A stretch of DNA of 64,000 nt from Phallusia mammillata (taxonomy: Eukaryota): NCBI GenBank assembly GCA_965637545.1, contig OZ281497.1, forward strand, positions 25,668,001-25,732,000. The letters are read 5' to 3'. The notes under the pieces were generated by a model, which made no database searches, was not told the DNA's origin, and saw nothing but the letters and a program-made list of their open reading frames with translations. This document shows, one piece after another, positions 58,136-64,000 of this stretch. Each line of letters begins with the position of its first letter. The stretch's first letter is position 1. Position numbers and translations under genes: made by a program.

Positions 58136-61100
58136 ACCCAGGATTTCTGACCTAAGCCCAGGTGCTGTGCGTTAAATGTTGGGTATTTGAGCTCACGGAA
58201 TTCGTAGACAAGGCAAACGATTGTGCACAAGCTTCGTGCGAAAAAACTTTTCACGGGTTAGGTTTGCAAAATTTTTGGCGTAAAACATTCGACTCACACG
58301 TGCTAATGCCCTTCAAGAGTACAACCACAGTAGATTGTTCGAAAAAACACCCCATTTTGGCCTTGACCTGTCTTTTTACTTAATTCTATTGCTATTTTAT
58401 CTTGTTTAATCAATTGAAAATGTATCTAGACGTGATTAATGGAAGCGGCAAATGAAATGTTTTCTTAATGACACGTCTTGCTTAAACATTTTGCAATATT
58501 AAATAAGCCAATTGATTACCTGTGCTTAAGGAGCTTTTTCCCAAGACCACACTAAAACCTGGCGAATCAGTAGTATTGAATTTATGCATTCCTTGAATTT
58601 ATGCGGATTATACGCATAACACAAGTTTCAACCTTAACTCAACCCAAATACACTGTATCCAACAAGGCTTTGCGCAAATCTCTTAACCCCGCAAATAGAT
58701 ACAGACTTGGAGGCCCCCGAAAAGCTACTTGCGCTTGACCCCGTTGCCAAGTTCAAGTACGAATGTCCTGGCCTGATATGCATGTTGCTATGCTTGTATG
58801 GAGATTGTTGAGTGTATACGAGTTTTGGGTTAGCAAATGATGCGTGGAATATTCTCGAAAAGGCAAAATATACGCACGATCGCTGTGGCCCGTTTCGCTT
58901 TACCGCGTTGCTACAACTTCCGAAAATTTTAAGTTGTTCGTACAGTTTACAGGAAAGTCGTCCAAAAGGTTTAAACATTACATGATTTCTACAATGCTGC
59001 GCAAACATTGTAACGCATCAAATAAAAAACTATTTGCTGATGATCATTTGTTGGGGAAAGTGGTCACTTACGTGCGAACAAATTTTACTAAACTTGTCAC
59101 TTATAATCCAGATACCGTAAATAAACTATACTGTAAATAGTAAACTCAGTAGGGTTGGCCAGTGTAGTCGAATAGCTGTAGTGTTGTAACGCATAACATT
59201 GGAAGAAAATATGGTTGTATAAAGCGATACCAACGTTGTTTAGGCGACGGCATAGCACTCAGTCAGTCGAAACCGCGTTAAAGGGTATTAATTGAAACTT
59301 CGTTAAATTTTGGTGTGGCCCTCATGAAACGATGCAATAATTGTTCTCTCCAACATTTTCAATGAAAACCCCATAAGTAAAACAGCAAAAACTGACTATC
59401 GCCTGACAAAAAGCAATGACATAACCAAGCTAGACACAAGCTTGGTTCGCGTGCACTCCGGCAATTACATCTCCAGCCGTTTGCGGAGGTTCGCTTCAAC
59501 CGTCCGTTCAAAAACATGAACTGATCCCACGCCCTTGCCAGATTTTATTAATCTACACAGGTTTACTGGCACTAAATTAAAAATATTTAGATCTTTCCCA
59601 GGTGGTGCAGAAACAGTATGACGCAATTGACCTTTCAATATGACGTCATTAACGATTTAAGCGTAGCAGAACGATGACGTCGTCGGAAAACGATATTTTA
59701 AGAGTTTAAACGAATATGAAATTATTTGGTTGTTCAGAGGGCGTTATATTTAGCGGTGTCTGGTTTAGTTAGTTTTCTGGGAATTCCAAAGCTGGAATGT
59801 GTCATAGGATTTAGGTTCGACTTTATGTAGGAGAAGGTACCAGCAAATTGCTCCCGAAACGCGCCTACTATTATTTAGTCATTCAAATTAGCCCGCTAAA
59901 TAACTGCTATGTTTCATACGTGGCGTAACGGGAATAAGGTTTCTGTCTGAAGATAGTAAGGCGCCAGAAAAAGAGTTTTGATCTTATTCTGCTGTCAAAA
60001 CTCTGGAATGCGTGTGGCTTGCTCCGTGGCGTCAGGATGAAGCGTCGACGCCTCTCTCGATATGAAACCTGAGCTGTTAAGTGTTGTCTTAAGGCGGGCA
60101 TGAACACACAGTAATGGATATTTTCCTTCTCAACGAAACCACTCCCAAAATGAATTTTACCAATTCCTAAGGCCAACAATGTCACACAACCAGATTTTTT
60201 TTAAGGTTTGGTTTGGGTGACCGCTAAGTAGTTTTAAGAGACCGCAAGTGTTTCATTTAAATACCAAAAAATAGCCATATCCAAATTTTGGGAAACCGCT
60301 GGAGAAATTTGACCTTAAAAACACCTTAAAAAAAAACACTGCACACAACCCTAAACACAAACTGAAGTAAAAACGAATATCTAGGGCAAACGTTAATTTA
60401 GCACCAACACAGGCAGAAAACCATATCCCTTGCACGCAAAGGACTTTTACAGGCACTTTTTATCTGGTAAGCAATGCTTGTTTGTTGTGACTGCAAGGCG
60501 TGAATACCAACGTACACGTCGGCACCTGGGTCGCATTTACCCTTGCCAGCCCCAACGCCCTGTTGAGTGACAGGGGGTGCATTTTGACATTCCCTTGAAG
60601 TGTTGGGTTGTGCCATGCTCTACTCGCCGTGCTGTTACCAAACATATCGTGTTTAGTAATTGGCTTCGCAATGTTATCAGTCGGATGTAGCTTGCTTGTT
60701 GACGAGATTCGAAAAAGTAATCGAATTGCTGGTCGCGCGGAAATTACGCTGTCACTTCGTTTCAATTCTTGCGTGTATTTTTGTCACTTGATAGGTGTGA
60801 AGTTTTGACGAGCTTCTACTGTCTATTGTGCGCCTATCTGGCCAATTTTAAATGTTGTTTGGTTAAATTGTGTACGTAGAAACGCATGTAAAACATATAT
60901 AATGCTACTTATATTTGCTTTGAAAATGTGGCATGCCACCTCTGTGGCCCTGGCGTACTGTGATTTACTAATTTTTCGTACGTTTTAGTCAGAATAAAAC
61001 ACATCCATTCGACACGCTTGCGACATTGGAAGAAAATCGTTAAAAATACGTCCTGGTTGTACTTTTATGCTTTAACTGTTTCGACCCACAAAATCGTAAC

Positions 61101-61238
61101 ATTTTTCCAATCAACAACATAGCATATGGTTTTGGTTGGTTTGGAAACTTAATTGGAAAATAGCCCAAATGGGTGACAAAAGCGCAACCTGGCAACACTT
61201 ACCATAACCCTAAAAAGTAGAAGACACACTTTACTTAC

Positions 61239-61321
61239 AAGTCTTGGCACAGGAGAAAATATATCCAGGTCTTTAGCGCGGGAAAGAGACTGTGCCTTCT
61301 TCTTTTTCTCTTCCTTTGCAT
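61239..61321 (-). CDS. WNT7: Candidate distal first coding exon of Wnt7 (MQRKRKRRRHSLFPALKTWIYFLLCQDL); frame open upstream to ATG 61810
   Basis: Ends in a perfect GTAAGT donor (61238-61233) in phase 2, as required by exon 2 (tt|a = Leu). KTWIYFLLC resembles WNT7B RKWIFYVFLC; basic n-region followed by a hydrophobic stretch. Implies a 21-kb intron 1. Joining is inferred, with no transcript evidence. Confidence 0.55.
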
Positions 61322-62863
61322 CGTCGGCACGGTGTCCCTGCGTGTGTGATGTCGATTCCGGTGTGAATAATCCTGTCCTTCCGGTTCGACCTTGAGATAA
61401 GACATCTTGGCTTGTCGCGAAGACAGAGCAGGCCTTAGGTGGGAGGAACACTCGATTTCGCATGGAAGATTGTTTTCATTCATGGCTCGTAAATTGTGGT
61501 TGTTTGACATCGGCTCAAGGCGAGATTTGCCCGATCTTCGGGAGCCTTCACTCCCGCCTTTTTCTCCGGAACTTCGCGGCCTCTTCGCGCCTCTTGATTC
61601 CAGGTCACGACCATAAGGAGAAGTGATAGGATCGTCTGCGCGACAGCATGCGATGTGAATTGACTTGCGTAAGATCTGCCATTTAGACTGCAAATCAGTA
61701 CTGCTACATGTTCGTTGGATAACTGGTGCATTGAAGGCTTCGATTGTGTGATTTCTACAAAGTCCTTGACTTTGAACTTCTAAGAGCTCGCGCGAGCCAA
61801 GGCGTTCCATTCTTACTTAAGGTTTAGTCGTTCAGAAAGTGGCGGTAATTTCATAAAACACCCCGGTGATCCGATAACTGGATGAGAGTGACTGCGATTT
61901 CCCGAAGCCCCCCGTCAGCTTTCCCACAGTTCTTCGCGTTCCGTGCAATTACAGAGCTATGATCCAATAATCCTCGAATTTGAGACTTTTTCTTCGATGG
62001 AGGTCAACTTGATTGTATTTCAAGACGAACGTATATTCACCAATAGTGTCAAAATACCAGCAGTTTTTTTTTGTATTACGCCAATCCTATATTAAGTGCT
62101 AACATATAACAACATAAACAGTTCTGTTATTTTAAATTAGATACAACTTAAATTGCACATTATGCTTGATAAAAACTCGTCAGTTGTGCTGGGCAAGCGA
62201 GTCGGATTTTACATTGTATTTCTTACTTGACTTGAAACGATAATTAATAGGGCATGAATGCTTAAATGAGTCGTTAGACATTGTCAAGCGCGACTGGATA
62301 AGGTCGTTTTAACCGCTGAATGACACTGCACTATAACATATTGGACTTTTCATTCTTATAAAGTAAATCAAGTATTTTACTCTGACTACAACCTAGCGTA
62401 TGGCTTTTTGCGGAAGGGCATATTCTTTTAAATACCGCGCTTTTAACATTTAACTTCATTCTATTCAAATGAGATATTAAAAAAGCCATTGTTTCATTTG
62501 AAAAATTCGCCTTTATTTAACTTCACCAAACAACTTACGACATAAAACGCTACATTATCACGTTGCCTGTTTTTAAGTGACTTACGACAAAATGATAATT
62601 TCATTTCCATAAAATTACCTGGAACAAACGTACGCTTTTTTCATCTCCCAAATCTTACTACCTGCTGCCTTAACAACCAACTACGAATCAACTTCATACA
62701 AAGACTACTAAATTAAATCCAACAACGATACTATCAAAACCAAAAAGGTGGGAAAAAAGCTACAATTTTTGTGCCAGTGACGTATATTTTGACGTCGACT
62801 ATTACGTAGCCGCGTCTGCCCTTAGACGGAAGGCGTCGGACTTGCCATGCGTAACGAATCGAT

Positions 62864-62881
62864 CTTTATATCGGATCAAAG
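62864..62881 (-). promoter_or_regulatory. Candidate TATA box with adjacent TCF/LEF site upstream of the distal Wnt7 exon
   Basis: Minus strand CTTTGATC (62881-62874) then TATAAAG (62870-62864) in a CpG-rich block; motif match only. Confidence 0.25.
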
Positions 62882-64000
62882 TCGGTCTTGTAACTAAACC
62901 TTAAGCGGCGTGTTAGCCGAGTCGAGTTATGAAGCACATAACACGCAATTACCCGAAATTACCTTCCATTACAGCTGACCGAACTGATTGCGTATCTTTC
63001 TATGCCGGAAACCTGTAACCGGGGACCCGCTATGGTGCGTTACCCATGTTCCCTGCCATGCAGACATCAAGCCGAGCATCTATCTGATTCACCAGCATTC
63101 CCCAACGCTTAAAATATCGCCGTTTACCGATGTCGCTTTTTATCGGCGCGATTTTAGTTTTCGATTTCAGGGAGAGGGCGCGCCGCTGTTCGCTAAAGAT
63201 TAGTTGTCGCCGTTTTCTTTGATTCTAGAACGCGAAATCGCCTTGCTCTGCCCGCCTTCAGTTACCCCTCGAATCCGCGAACGCACGCCGGACGACCAAA
63301 TGTCATAGGCCGCATCGGTTTCAGATGTTTATAATCATTTCCCAAGCGATTTGCAGCGGAAACAACACCTAACTAGATCCGTAGTTTTTTCTAAGCCTAA
63401 AACTTGTAAATTTCTATTTTTCCACACACGAGAATGTAAAGAGGTACACTGGATAAAACATATGATGCAAGTAGTTTTTACGCATTAGCTTGCAAGTTGT
63501 GTATTTGGTAGGCTAAATACATTCTTTAGCGGGCAATATACATCCAAAACAGATTGATGAATCGCTGTTAAAAATAGCTGTCATTTGTTTAAAAAAACAC
63601 ATGCCCTCATTGCCTTTTTATTAACTTTAATATGAGCGTTCAAGTTTTTCAAAGATTGTCACACAAATCTTGTCTAAACATTTCTCTCCTTATGTCATTT
63701 TTACTCTCCGCAACCTTCTCTTTATTTTCAGCCCCAAAATAGTTTCTAACAATCACCTCGAATTCTTCAAATAGAATCGGCCCACCAAAAAACAACTCAG
63801 CCTCTTACTCCTGCATTCGACTACGGTTAACCTTGAATCGCGGCCCGCCCACCAAAAACAGTTGTGTCAACATGTGCCAGAAACATTACTTGGTCCGTGG
63901 CACGACGGGGCGCCACGCAGAATCGGACGCCAGGCCCTATTGTCTTTCCGGGGCCCTCGCCTGCTGAGTGAGCCGCACGAATGCCTTGTTGATATATATT

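Noticed and set aside
38500-59070. Other CTGANGA...GAAA hammerhead-like strings (e.g. 38544 minus, 52600, 59038, 59945)
   Set aside because: Stem II and/or stems I and III do not pair.
62458-62473. 13/16 match to the Ciona spliced-leader exon ATTCTATTTGAATAAG
   Set aside because: Not followed by a GT donor or an Sm site; the sequence is AT-rich and the match is expected by chance.
43200-64000. let-7/miR-125/miR-100 cluster upstream of Wnt7, by analogy with let-7a-3/let-7b near human WNT7B
   Set aside because: No TGAGGTAG(T/G)AG, TCCCTGAGA or AACCCGTAG mature sequence seen on either strand by eye; TGAGGTAGGGTAG at ~17475 lacks the rest of let-7 and a hairpin.

Overview
AT-rich invertebrate chordate genomic DNA, most likely an ascidian (inference from ~70-nt minimal introns, mosaic CpG depletion, a retained U12 intron and hAT-Charlie MITEs; the species cannot be fixed from sequence). 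Four spliced genes were rebuilt by hand from splice sites and reading phase: the last three exons of CDC23/APC8 (+, 30-3667), complete CLINT1/epsinR (+, 14 exons, 4843-18045, 688 aa), complete ATXN10 (+, 12 exons, 20802-30213, 416 aa) and Wnt7 (-, exons 2-5 at 32365-40159). Wnt7 is tail-to-tail with ATXN10, as human ATXN10 and WNT7B are, and has two competing first exons, at 43.0-43.1 kb and at 61.2-61.8 kb. The most striking non-genic structure is a very young Penelope-like retroelement fragment folded into a ~350-bp near-perfect palindrome. It carries a minimal hammerhead ribozyme on each arm and is bracketed by a 13-bp target-site duplication. It sits in a GC-AG intron of CLINT1, where its sense arm offers an in-frame cryptic acceptor. 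A third, older hammerhead of a related family lies in the preceding intron and shares a 25-nt 3' tail. ATXN10 has one GC-AG intron and one U12-type intron. No rRNA, intact tRNA or CRISPR array is supported.
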